Shown here: piece by piece, positions 48,771 to 60,472 of the stretch | How the letters are laid out: each line of letters begins with the position of its first letter | Numbering within the stretch: position 1 is the stretch's first letter | Assembly: GCA_013265495.1 (NCBI GenBank) | Contig: MU058059.1 | Location: 2,331,502 to 2,395,501 of the forward strand | Reading direction: 5' to 3' | From: Vicugna vicugna | Lineage: Eukaryota | DNA: 64,000 nucleotides | Notes under the pieces: model-generated | Databases searched by the model: none | Told to the model about the DNA's origin: nothing | What the model saw: only the letters and a program-made list of their open reading frames with translations | Position numbers and translations under genes: made by a program

Positions 48771-50175
48771 GAGCAGGAGCCCTAGAACCAGGATTTCTTC
48801 TTCCCTTGGTGCAGCCAGAGTGATTAGTGAATAGAACCCATTAGTATTTGTTTTCCAGTGCCCCTAATAAAGATAGAAAAGTAGGCAGTTTCTGGTCTTA
48901 CTTTTGTTACAAAAATCTTTACAAAATTCCATGGAACCCAGCAGGTAGGTAGTGGACGGGGTAATGCAGAGGTGAAGAGAGCATTTTTAGGCCTGAGAAG
49001 CACAAGACGAATCTGCCACAATCATATTGCACATGGGTGCCGAGGACATCTACAAGACTGTCTGTTTCGGGGTGATGGTTCACAAGAAGGAGTGACCTGT
49101 TTTATCTGTGAAAAGGAATCCGTAACAGGTACCCAGGCGAGGTGGCCTGTGAGCTGGGATTTGAACCGGGAACGGGAGTCTGCCAGCCAGACTCTGGGGT
49201 GGCAGGAGTAGACGTGGGGACAGCATGGTCACTGGGGTGAATCCCCAGACAGTTGGCAGTTACACTCTGAAAGGGAAGCGCTGGCAAGAAATGAAGATAA
49301 AGAGCTGGCAAGGGCCAGATCCGGAAAACCTCCTCGGTCGCGTGAGAGTATCTGCATCGCACCCCATGGGCAGTGAGTAGCCTTGAACAGGGAGAGGCTA
49401 TGTTCTGCTGTGTGTATTCTGAAAAGCCAGCTTCCCGGTACAGCGGGGGATACACTGAAGAGGGCAGAGTCTAGACGCGAGAGGGTGGGTCAAGTTCAGT
49501 GGGGACATGAGCTGAAACTCCTACTGCGGGGTGATGGGAATAGGAGACTGATAGGAGAAACTCTTAGGAAGCTGTTTGAGGGGTAAGGTGTTGGGTGGAG
49601 ACATGGCCAACTCACAGGTTTTTGGCTTGAGCCTCTGGTTTGTGGCTCCATCAGCTGACGTAGGCAGTCCCTGTACGCAGCACCTGTCACTTGAATGTCC
49701 TGTTTCAGAGAGCATGCCCTGGGTGTGGCTGTGCCTCTCTTTGATGGTCATCATCTAGCGACAGTAAGGTCCCTTCCACATCCACCACCAGGTACGACCT
49801 TTGCCCTCTCCCCGGGAGATGGGGGTTTAACATTACAAAAGTCGAATCTTCCATGGGCAGAGGTCCTTGGGCGTTTGCCTGTTGTCAACATTGCCCCTGA
49901 AAATCCTTTGGGGAACGTCTTGGTTGAAGACCAGTATTCTGTTTCTCAAAAACTGCAAATCTTTATACATGAGAATGATGCTGAAGCCAGTGAGATGTAT
50001 GCATCTAGAAAGGGATGAAGGATGAAGAGATAGTGACTGACACTTGATGGGGCAGATGCTTGTGGGGCTCTGGACTAAAGAAAGACTTCTGTTTATCATG
50101 ACCCTCCCACTTCCATGGTTGAAATGCACGTGAATTGTACTTTAGATGTGAGCACTGCATCTCTCTCTCTCTCTC

Positions 50176-50271
50176 TTTTTTTTTTTGTTAATGGCAGTAC
50201 TGGGGACTGAACCCAAGACCTTGTGCATGCTAAGCATGTGCTCTCCCACTGAGCTGTACCCATCTCACCCC
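50176..50271 (-). mobile_element. tRNA-Ala-derived SINE (camelid Vic-1-like)
   Basis: Reverse complement gggtacagctcagtgggagagcacatgcttagcatgcacaaggtcttgggttcagtccccagtac has A and B boxes and a poly(A) tail. Confidence 0.88.
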
Positions 50272-51377
50272 TATATCCCCTCTTAATACAGTGAGCAAGA
50301 CACCCAATTTGTGACTTGTCTGAAGATAGGGTAGGTAAGTGACAGATCCAGGACTTAATGAATCCCAGGTCTTAGATTCCAATTACGTTGAGTCAGCCTT
50401 GCAAGTCACCAATTTTGGTTTTAGAAAAAGTACTCCTAATGATAGGAAATTGGAATGAATATTTTACCAAGAGGACATAGGAAATTCTATTTACTTTTTC
50501 CTTATACCTAATTTGATTCTACCCAGTGAATGTGATGTGTAGGGAAAAAAATGTTCCTTGAGGGAAATACATTTAGTTGAGTTTGGGTTAATCAGCGTCC
50601 AGTGAAAATCAACAATTGGCTGGCTGTTTTAAGCTGAATAACACGGCTTGGCTGTACCGCATGTTGGTGAGTTCAGGAGTTTATTTTATCAGCTGTCCCA
50701 GATAATGATTTTATGCTAATAAAATCATCAAGAGATGGATTTGTAAATCACACTAAACTGGCAGGAGCACTACTGGGCATAAAATTAAATTCTGTGCTTT
50801 TATTAATTTCCTGGGTATCTCTGACCCACAACCAGGATCATTTTCTACCTAGGGTATCTCTGTTTGTTGAGTAGTTCCACTTAGGAGAAAAATTACAGAT
50901 TAGGGGTTTCTTAGCATGAAATCAGAGTCTGGAATTCAACAGTGTGATAAAGGAATGCTCTTCTGTTGCCTTTACTCACCTGAGAGATGCTAATAACAAA
51001 AAAGAATGATTTAGAGCAGTCGTCTCCAAAGGGCTTTCTTTCACATCCTTTGATGTGTATAATTCAGTCTGTTGATGCATGGAAGAAAATATTTGAACTG
51101 CAATTTATATTTATTTTCTAGTTTGTACTCTAAAAGGTCAAGTACATGTGTGTCTAATAATCTGACTATGTAGAGTTCTACAGCATGTGATTTATAAGTA
51201 AACATAGGATGGTTGCACCTTTTTAAAAGAAACTGAAGTAATCTTTACCTTCTTAACAATGTGTGAAACTGCTAATCTCTACAGCACTTTTCTAAAATGA
51301 ATCAAAGATTAGTTTACTCTGGGACCTTTTGTAAGACCACAGATTTTTGAAGATTCTGGTTAAATGGGTCAGTCTAG

Positions 51378-51550
51378 AACAGAGGTTATCAAACATTGGT
51401 GGGCATCAGAAGTACCTGGAGGAGATCTGGGTTGTTAAAGCACGGACTGCCGGGGTCCCACCCCAGGGTTTCTGATTCAGTATGTTGGGGGGTGGGGCCT
51501 GAGAACTCGCATTTCTAATAAAATACAGGGACCCACTTTGAGAACCATGG
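51378..51550. mobile_element. MER5A (hAT-Charlie)
   Basis: cagaggttatcaaac...gcatcagaa...cccaccccagggtttctgattcagta...ggggcctgagaactcgcatttctaa...cactttgagaacca. Confidence 0.85.
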
Positions 51551-51683
51551 CTCCTGTGTTGGACTCGGAACACAGGTGACTCCTGAGATAAGGTGATAAA
51601 TACTGATCCAGATTTTTGTTCCTCTTTAATTCATCAGTTTTTCTTTTCTACTCTTGTTGCTGTGATAGAGGCTGACAACTGGT

Positions 51684-51812
51684 TTTTTTTCAGGGGGGAG
51701 GTAATTAGATTTTTATCTACTTAACTTTTTAACGGAGGAACTGGTGGGGATTGAACCCAGGACCTTGTGCATGCTAGGCATGCACTCTACCACTGAGCTA
51801 TATCCTTCCCAC
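51684..51812 (-). mobile_element. tRNA-Ala-derived SINE (camelid Vic-1-like)
   Basis: Reverse complement ggatatagctcagtggtagagtgcatgcctagcatgcacaaggtcctgggttcaatcccc...ctaattacctccccc plus A tail; approximate TSD gaca(a/g)ctg. Confidence 0.9.
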
Positions 51813-53184
51813 TCCAGACAGCTGTTTGTTACCCCATATTTTTCAATATGGGTGTAGAGGATAAAAACACCTGTGTGATTTTCAGGTAGATTTGAATTTA
51901 CAGGGACTTTGTATGAGTGATTTAATTAAATCCTCCATGAGGTACTTATTTGTATGTGGAAAACTGAGACAGGTCACTAGTGATTTGGCTTCATCTATAT
52001 GTTTCAGAATAGAAATAACACCATTACCCATTAAGAAAAAACAGATTTCAACATCAGTAAGAAAAATACATGGTCATTTGCTGCAATCAGGACTTTTTTA
52101 AAATTAGGAACTGATAGACTGATATGAAATGAAGTATGCAGTGAGTGTCATAAGCTACAGAAACTTAAAGAACAAGACAACTCATTTCCTTTGAATTATG
52201 TAAAGTATATCCATCGGCAAATAGCAGTTTTTACAATAGAGCATAGCATTAGCCATTTAAATGCCTGTGCAACGTGTAAAAACTGCTTGCTAGATTAAAT
52301 CATGCAGAAGAGCATTCTATAATGCTTCATGTCTGACTCACTCACCATCAGTGGGGCATTCAACGTTTAAGAGGCATTATATACTTTTATTGTCGGCAGG
52401 CAATTAAATGTAGATGTCACTGGAATTGATTTACCAGAAGAAAGCAGTGGCTTCTGTCTGTTGGTGTAGGGTTTTTTTCACTCTTAAAACAATTATGTAT
52501 ATTACAGCTCACTTCTGTTTATCCTTTGAACAGTATGGTTTGTGGCCATTTATCTCACAGCTCTCAATTTGAAATAAACGGAAAGGACCACCTGAGATTA
52601 CATGTATTTTAGGAAAATAGAACATACAGCATTAATTATTTCAGCACTAGTTTTTGATCTGCCCTCTCTGTAGAGAGTCCCATTTAATACTTTATGCATT
52701 TGATAAAGGCTGCCTTAAATGGGGTCATTCTGTATTTAGAACAAATGAGAAAAATGTTCCAGATATCTCCTCAAGGAGTGTTACAGTCTTTTTACAAAAT
52801 GACTTTAAAAGGACTGTAATTATACCAAGAAGAATGATTGCTGGAGTATATAAGTCAATTTAACCTGTTCAAGTCAGAACCACTCAAAGTGTGTATCTTA
52901 CAAAGTGTATGTAAAATTAACACGTGGTCCTCCTCCGCAAGCGTCTTAGAAGCAGCGCTTTCCAGAGTTCATTTACAATATAATCCATGTTAACAGTCGG
53001 TGGAGAAGCACCACAGGTGGTTGTTTACCCACTTCATGGAGGCAGGTGACCGGTGGAGATGTGCAGGCTTGCAAGGGTATGAACTTTGGACGCAGACCTC
53101 CCTTGAACTTGCTCTGTACCAAACCTTCTGTGACTCTGGGCGAGGTGTTTCACCACTCCAGGCTGCCATTTGCAGATTTAGGGA

Positions 53185-54521
53185 TGTATCGATCAAGATC
53201 CAGTCAGGAGATGGGAACCAGGCAATGTTTTGAACAAGGAAGTTTTAATATATATATAAAAAAATAACAAACTAGAACAGCAGATTGGAACACAAGAGAT
53301 TGGCTAGTGGGAGGAATGCTCTAAGAGTCAAGGAAGTAAGTTGATTTGTCTTTTTTTTTAGGTTCCACATATAAGTGATATCATGTGGTATTTTTCTTTC
53401 TTTGTCTGGCTTACTGCACTTAGAATGATGATCTCAAGGTCCAACTATGTTGCTGCAAACAGCATTATTTTATTCTTTTTTATGGCTGAGTAGTATTACA
53501 TTGTATAATTATACCGAAACTTATTTATCCAGTCATCTGTCCATGGACATTTAGGTTGTTTCCATGTCTTGGCTATAAATAGTGCTGCTGTGAACACTGG
53601 GGTGCATGTATCTTTTTGAATTAAGGTTCCCTCTGGATATATGCCAAGGAGTGGGCTTGCTGGATCATAGGGTAAGTCTATTTTTAGTCTTTTGAGGAGT
53701 TGCCATATTGTTTTCCATAATGGCCACACCAAACTACATTCCTACCAACAGACTTATTTACAAAACAGAAACAGACTCACAGACATAGAAAACAAACTTA
53801 TGGTTACTGTGGGAGGGTTGGAGGGGAAGTGGGAAGAGATAAATTGTGAGTTCGAGATTTGCAGATACACAGTACTGTATATAAAATAGATGAACAAGTT
53901 TCTACTGTATAGCTCAGAGAACTTAGTCAATATCCTGTAGTAACCTATGATGAAAGAGAATACATGTGTGTATATATATGAATGAAACATCATGCTGTAC
54001 ATCAGAAATTGACACATTGTAAACTGACTATACTTCAATTTAAAAAATAAATAAATAAATATTTTTAAAAGAGTCGAGGAAGAGCGGATGTGAGGATGCC
54101 ACTGCTCTAGGGCAAAAATAGAAGTCCAAGGAGAAGACCCGTAAGAGCTGGGATCTGGGCCCAGTGGGTGGCAGGAAGTCGCTGTGGGGCCACAGGCATA
54201 GACCTTGGAGGGGATGTGTCCTCTAGGGTGGCCAGGAAGGCTGTTTATGGAGGTGGCCTTCTGGGGTGCTCACCTACAAAGCCCCCGAGGGGAGCAGGGG
54301 CAACTGGCTGCCTACTGGGCACTCCTGGCCACCATGCCCTGGAGAGCCGGGCCCTGGAAGACTCCAGCCTTGTGGTGCTCCTGAAGCCATGCGTACCAGG
54401 AGCCCTCCAGGGACCTCTGCAGTCTCACTCTTTCCTCCCATCCTGCCTTTCCCAGACCCTCTACTGGGACAGGATGTGTAGTCAGAGGATCTGGGTCCAT
54501 TTTCACAGAGCAAACAATACA
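53185..54521. mobile_element. Old ERVL-class LTR split by a young L1 insertion
   Basis: TG start (tgtatcgatcaagatccagtcagg) and CA end (aaacaataca); the two halves are contiguous across the L1 TSD. Confidence 0.55.
53337..54068 (+). mobile_element. Young L1 with 5' inversion (antisense 53337-53751, sense 53752-54068), TSD aagagtc(a/g)aggaag
   Basis: TSD at 53323-53336 and 54069-54082; the antisense part encodes [28 protein letters not shown]. Confidence 0.92.
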
Positions 54522-54862
54522 ACGTGAATTTGGGGCGGAGAGGTACTCCGTCATCAGCAACTGGCAAGAAGGACACTGATGCTTCCCTTCAGGCTTTGTA
54601 GGATGAAATAACACGTGGCAGCATTTGCCTGGGTTTTGTTTTGGGACAAGTTAGTTCTTTGATTAGACATACTGAGACTGTAGTCTTGCACTGGTTATGA
54701 GGATTAAATGAAATATGACTGTCTGTTGTCTTAAGCAGCATCTGGCTGGTGCGTGGTAGATGTTCACAAAACGGTAGTTGTTAAGCCAGGGGGTCTTTGC
54801 AGATCACTGGTTGCATTCTGGTGGTCTTAGGAGGGCGCTCGCATCCAAGTGTTGACTAGTAA

Positions 54863-55275
54863 CTTTTTTTCCTTTTTTTAAATTAAAGTATAGTTGATTT
54901 ACAATGTTGTGTTAGTTTCTGGTGTACAGCATAGTGATTCAGTTACACACACACGCACACACACACATATTCTTTTCCATATTCTTTTTCATTATAGGCT
55001 ATTACAAGATATTGAATAGAGTTCCGTGGGCTATATAATAGGTCCTTGTTGTTTATCTATTTTATATTTAATCATTTGTATCTGCTAAGCCCAAGCTCCT
55101 AATTTATCCACCCCCTTCCCATTTGGTAGCCATAAGTTTTTTTCCTATGTCTGTGAGTCTGTTTCTGTTTTATGAATAAGTTCATTTGTCTCATTTTTTT
55201 TAAGACTCCACATGTAAGTGATAAATATTTGTCTTCCTCCATCTGACTGCTTCACCCAGTATGATCATTTCTAGG
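54863..55275 (-). mobile_element. Young L1 3' end with internal (CA)n
   Basis: aaagtatagttgatttacaatgttgtgttagtttctggtgtacagc...agtatgatcatttctagg. Confidence 0.92.
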
Positions 55276-56679
55276 AGAGTCCCAGGTGATGCATCTCACC
55301 TCCAAACCTTAGAGGCTACTGGTAGCACCCTTTGAAGGATCAGGAAATCAGATTTGTGGACCCAGACCCAACCTTTTACAAAACTGAATAGAACAGAAAT
55401 GAAAAAGGTCAGTGTACCTCAGTAAAGATAAATTTGGTTTGTAAAATGTGCATGTAGGTATGCTGGCTTAAGATGTCACGACTGTGGTCACAAGCAAAAA
55501 TTGTTTGCTTAAATACCGCTCTGGAGAGTGGGCCCTAATCCTTATCAGTTTGATTCCCTTTGTCTTCTCTCCAGTCCTGGAGTTGTTTTAGGATATAGAA
55601 CTGTCATGGGAAAGAACTTGGTAAGGTTCCCTTTGGAGAAAAAAGCGGCCCGTCCTCTCCATTATAGCTTCTGTCTTAATGATGTCATGCCCCTCTTGGA
55701 TCTACGGAGTAATTATGCTATTCCAGAGAAAGAGGAAGGTAAATCCCCTCCAGTCTGCAAATGACAATATTTTATTTTCATAAATCGTGAGTGACCTTTA
55801 TAGACAACTAGTCTTGCTGTCTAATTATTGCCAGGAAAAAGAAAAAAAGAGTTCAACCTTTCTAAAGCAAAAGCCATAATTTGTGGAGACTTCATTAACA
55901 TTTAACCAGCTTACAGTTTTCAACCATAATGAAAAATGAACAAGTTCAGTGATATAGACACATTTGGAGCTGATTTATCTTGGAGTACACCAGGATGGTG
56001 CTGGGTGTATTGTGGGGTTCTGTTGATACGGCTTTCATTGTTTAAGTGGATATCACACTACACTTAAAAAACTTTTTAGGCAAAATTATTGTAGCCAAAT
56101 TCTGCACAGAGTTTTGGAGAATTCATTACCCAGTTTTCTAAAAAGAAAAAAGCATTTATTAAATGCTACCATGTTCCAGTTCTAGAGAATATCAAGATGA
56201 CCGAGGTAGAGTTATAATCAAAATTACTTTTGAGCAGAATTCCTAGACTTTCAGACACCTGCTCCTTTCAAACTCTTCAGTTTTCATGAAAGAAATAATG
56301 GTTTCATCTGATTTCTGAGGCACATGACAGCATGCTTTAGTAATAAGCTCAGATGAGCTGTACTTTTTAGTTGGTGGAAAATCTCACCAGCTGATGGTAG
56401 CCCACTAAGACTTTGTTGAGAGAAGCGATATTCATAAAGACCACCTTCAGGGATAGCCCAGCTTTTATCCTAGAATCACTGAGCTCCCAGGAAGTCAAGG
56501 TTCTCTAATTGAAGTTTGGCGATGTGCCATCCTGGCGTGTTCCTGAATAGACCCAGACCCCGCCTCTCTGCCCTCCTGGGAACCCTGTTCATTAATCCGT
56601 GTTGATCGCTTTTCCCAGGCCCTGGGAAGATCGTTGCCTCTGGGTTAGGAGCTATCTTCCGTTTCGCCTTTCAGTTCGG

Positions 56680-56890
56680 GGGCTAGTGTTAAGCATGTGG
56701 GCTCTCAAGACAGGATGCCTGGGTTCAAATCTCTGCTGAACCCTCTTAGGGCTTTGAGACCTGGGACCTTCTGTGTGTCGGCTTCTGTATCTGTAAAACC
56801 AGGATTTTAGGATCTGCTTTGTAGGATTGGCATGAGGCTTAAACAAGTCCCCCATACATGTAAGCCCCTGTTACTAGTTTTAGTATTAAT
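56680..56890 (+). mobile_element. MIR SINE
   Basis: gtgttaagcatgtgggctct...tgcctgggttcaaatc...atctgtaaaa...gtaggattggcatgagg. Confidence 0.8.
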
Positions 56891-57849
56891 ATTATCTCAT
56901 CGATACTGTGACTTGTGTCATCAGTCATACTGTCCTCTTGGCACTGGCCGCCCCAAAGCTCGGTGTAAGATGTGTGGCTAAGGGCTTGTGAGTGGCCCCA
57001 GTGACGTTGTTTATGACTTGATGCTGGTGGTGGAGCCCCAGCCCTAATCCCCAGATAATCTCATCCTTATTTTTCCTCTCTGCTCTACTTTACCAGCTTT
57101 CTAACTTTCCCTTTTCTTCGATTTTACTGATTTAATTTCCATGTAATCGGGCTGCACTGCGTGTTCTGGAACATGCAGTCAGCATCCCTGTGCAGACGTC
57201 ATCATGGTGGCTGCCCATTACCTGAGCAGTTGACACTTCCCTCTGTGTGACAACTCCTTTCTCCAACACAAGTTGTGCATTGTATTTACAGTTGCTAAGG
57301 AAAGCCTCTCTCAGGGTATGATGAGGGCATGTGGCAAGCTCACGTGTGTGTTTGTGTGTCATATACCCGTAAGAGAGAGAGTATGAGCGATGCAGACCGC
57401 CACCCCTCCCGCCTGCGTCACCTCTCTCCATCTTGTACATGACTTTGACTTAGTCCTGATTCTCCTCCACAAGAGAGAAATCATATACCTGGATTTGGTG
57501 GAAGAACATGGTCCAGCCATGAGATGTGGGGCGTTGGTCTAAGTAAGACAATTCTAGAGGAGCCTTGGCAGTTTATTGCTGATCGCAGTCCTATGCACGA
57601 TGACAAACTGTGTTATCCTGAAAATGGGGGAGACATATTTTTGGAAATGCTTCATTTCACTAGATTTCAGGGACTTTGCTGCCTCATCACATTCTTCACT
57701 GGCCCCAAACCCTCCCTGGTAGCTGGCCTCCGTGCTTTGCTCCCAGGGCCCCCGGGAGGAGCCCACAGCTGTGTTCCTGCACGAACACCCAGACTTTTCA
57801 CCTCCTTACAAAGTACACTTTAACATTGCCAATTCTATATTGCAACTAT

Positions 57850-58282
57850 ATTTTTTTACATTCACCTTTTTAAAAATTTTTAATGCAAGTATAATCAATT
57901 TACAATGCATGTTAGTTTCTGATGTACAGCATAGTGATTCAGATATATATGTATATATAATATATATATTATATATATATATATATAATATATATATATA
58001 TATATTCCTTTTAACATTCTGTTTCATCGCAGGTTATCACAAGCCATAGAATATAGTTCCCTGTGCTCTGCAGTAGGACCTTGTTGTTTATTTAGTTTAC
58101 ACATAGCAGTTAGTATCTGCATACTCCCAGTTTGTCCCTCCCCTACGCCTTTTCCCCTCTGGTAACCACAAGTTTGTTTTCTGTGTCTGTGAGTCTGTTT
58201 CTGTTTTGTGAATAAGTTCATTTGTGTCTTTTTTTTTTTTTTAGATTTCACTTATGAGTGATATCATATGGTATTTTTCTTC
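57850..58282 (-). mobile_element. Young L1 3' end with internal (TA)n expansion
   Basis: caatttacaatgcatgttagtttctgatgtacagc...(TA)n near 57942-58005...gatatcatatggtatttttct. Confidence 0.92.
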
Positions 58283-58454
58283 ATCATCTGAGCAGAATAT
58301 CGATGCACAGCCAGGGCAGGTCCGGTGTTAACAGCAGGCATGCACACGCAGAGGCGGGGCTGGGGTCTGGGTTATGCTGTAACTATTTGCAATGAAATGA
58401 ACTCCAGAGAGCCATTGCTATGGGAGGTATGGAGGGTAAGAAGAATTTAAGATC

Positions 58455-58690
58455 TAGTAATAGTTGATATTGGGGGACGTGCCTCACACTATGTTCGACT
58501 GGCTACTCCTGCTACCTAACTGATTTGTCAGAAATACCATGTGAGGAACATGTGAGCTCTGTTTCATAGACAAAGACACCGAGGTTCAGAGAGGCTAGAT
58601 GATTTATCTACAGACATGAAGCCACCAGGGCACGAATGGGGAAGAGCAAGGCTTCTGAGCCCAGAACCTGTTCATTTTACCTCTACACAC
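58455..58690 (-). mobile_element. MIR SINE
   Basis: gtttcatagacaaagacaccgaggttcagagaggctagatgattt...gagcccag. Confidence 0.6.
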
Positions 58691-59399
58691 AGTTGCCTTG
58701 AAAACTACAGGCTTCCTTGTGCTTTCTTTAGTTGCTTATATCCCATTGTTGTTGACTTTAATCTCACTTTAATTTTGACAAACCATCTTTGCTAATTTTA
58801 GCGTCTTGCATCAGTTGAATGAAGGCCAGTGGTGGGTCTGAACATTGGTGTGCGGTGGGGTGTATCTTTTGGGCAACAGAAAATTCACAGTCTTTCCCAT
58901 TTAACAGTAGTTCAGTCATCGTCTGTGGGTCCAGAAAGAACCAGAACATTCTTTTTATGTTTCTTTTCAAGTGATGAAAACAGCTTTCTGCAATGGGAAA
59001 ATTGTATCCTTGCTCCAGTGTCGTATTAGTCTTTGGGGTTTGCTGTCAGCCACGCAGGCTCTCACCTCTATGCTGGGTTACACCTGCAGTACCAGCAGCT
59101 GCTCCCTAAGCCAGGTCTTTAACCAGCCTTGGACTGTGGGCCCCCGAAGCTGTTTCTCACAGTTTAAGGTTGTGCAGCAGGACTTTCCTCAGAGTTCTGC
59201 CTGTGTTTCCATTGGGGGGGGGGCTTTTCTGTCACAACGCATGGTTGTTTCTTTCTTTTCAATGTTGTTAATGCTACTGCTGTTTGGGCTTATTTCCACA
59301 GTGCTGAAGCTATTTTCTATGTGAAAATTAGGATTTGCAACCAAGGGAAGGTATTTCTCATAAATGTTTGCATAGTCTTCTAACACTTCTTACCCCAAA

Positions 59400-60472
59400 T
59401 CGGAAAGTTGTTAGCATTCCGTGATTTCAACAAATCCGCTTTGTTTCTGAACTTGTTAAGGCTGGGTGAGAAGGAAGTATAAATTACCAGTTGTTGTCAA
59501 GGTGAAATATGGAGTTAATGCTCTATCTTTGTAATGAGTTTTCTGTTCCCAGAAGAATGTAATTTGTCAGTTCTGTTAAAAGTGTCACAGAAGACAGTGT
59601 CCAAGGCTACTCGTTTCACCGTCATGCCTGGAGCTAGTGACACAACCTCAGAAAGCTGGGGGACACCTCTTAAGAGGGTCTGAGGTCCCCGTCTCGGCCC
59701 TGTTGAACATTTTTCGTCAGTGATTTGGAGGCAGAAAGACTGGTTAATGAAATTTGCAGAAAACCCAAAGCTAGGTAGGATGACTAAGACCTGAATGATG
59801 AAATTGAGGTTCCAAAAGCTCTCGACAGGCTGGAGGAGGCGCTGCAAGCAGTGAGACGGGGTTTAGAAAGGATATGTGGACAGAAAGTCACTTGCCTTAT
59901 TGCAGGAGTTGAAATAGCTGGATGGGAGTGGTAATGAGAAAGACGTGTGGGGTTCCAGGCTCCAGGAACTCAGCACAGACCAACACTCTGCCCAGACTGT
60001 TGAAGGACATGAGGTCCAGGGAGGTAGCCGGTTGAATTCAGGCTGCTGGACGGGGAGTTGTTGGCTTGGAAGAGAGCTGATGAACCTGACGGTGGTCAGA
60101 GAATTCCTGCCAGGATGGCGGACGTCTGAGAGCCTTCCAGTGGGAGGAAGGGAGGGGAGCAAGTTTGCCTGGAGAGGCAAGAATGTAGAGATTTAACAGC
60201 TCCTTTCGAATAGTCAGCTTTCCTATGTAGGTGCTGAGAGTTTTCACTGTTTCTTCATGGGGCAAAGCTAAGATAAATGGGCGTACACTTCAAGAAGCCG
60301 TGTTGGGGCCTTTTTACGGGGCATCGTCTACACGGTAGGTTTTGCTACATTCCGAGCGCCTCCCCTGTTCAGAAGCCGTCTGTCTGCCTTGCAGGTTGTA
60401 GAACTGATGTAAGCACTTGGATGGAAGTTGGGCAACATGACCCTTCACATCTCTTTTACCTCTGAGTTTATG
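59400..60472 (+). mobile_element. CR1/L3 LINE remnant (RT C-terminal region and 3' end)
   Basis: Degenerate RT motifs LGPV..NIF.SDL (~59692-59730), KFAENPKLG (cf. KFADDTKLG, ~59750) and ALDRLE (~59818), plus a CR1-like 3' end ggaagttgggcaacatgacccttc...ctctgagtttatg. Confidence 0.78.

Noticed and set aside
50176..50271. tRNA-Ala gene (also 51730-51812)
   Set aside because: The acceptor stem is degenerate and a poly(A) tail is present, so these are SINEs rather than functional tRNAs.
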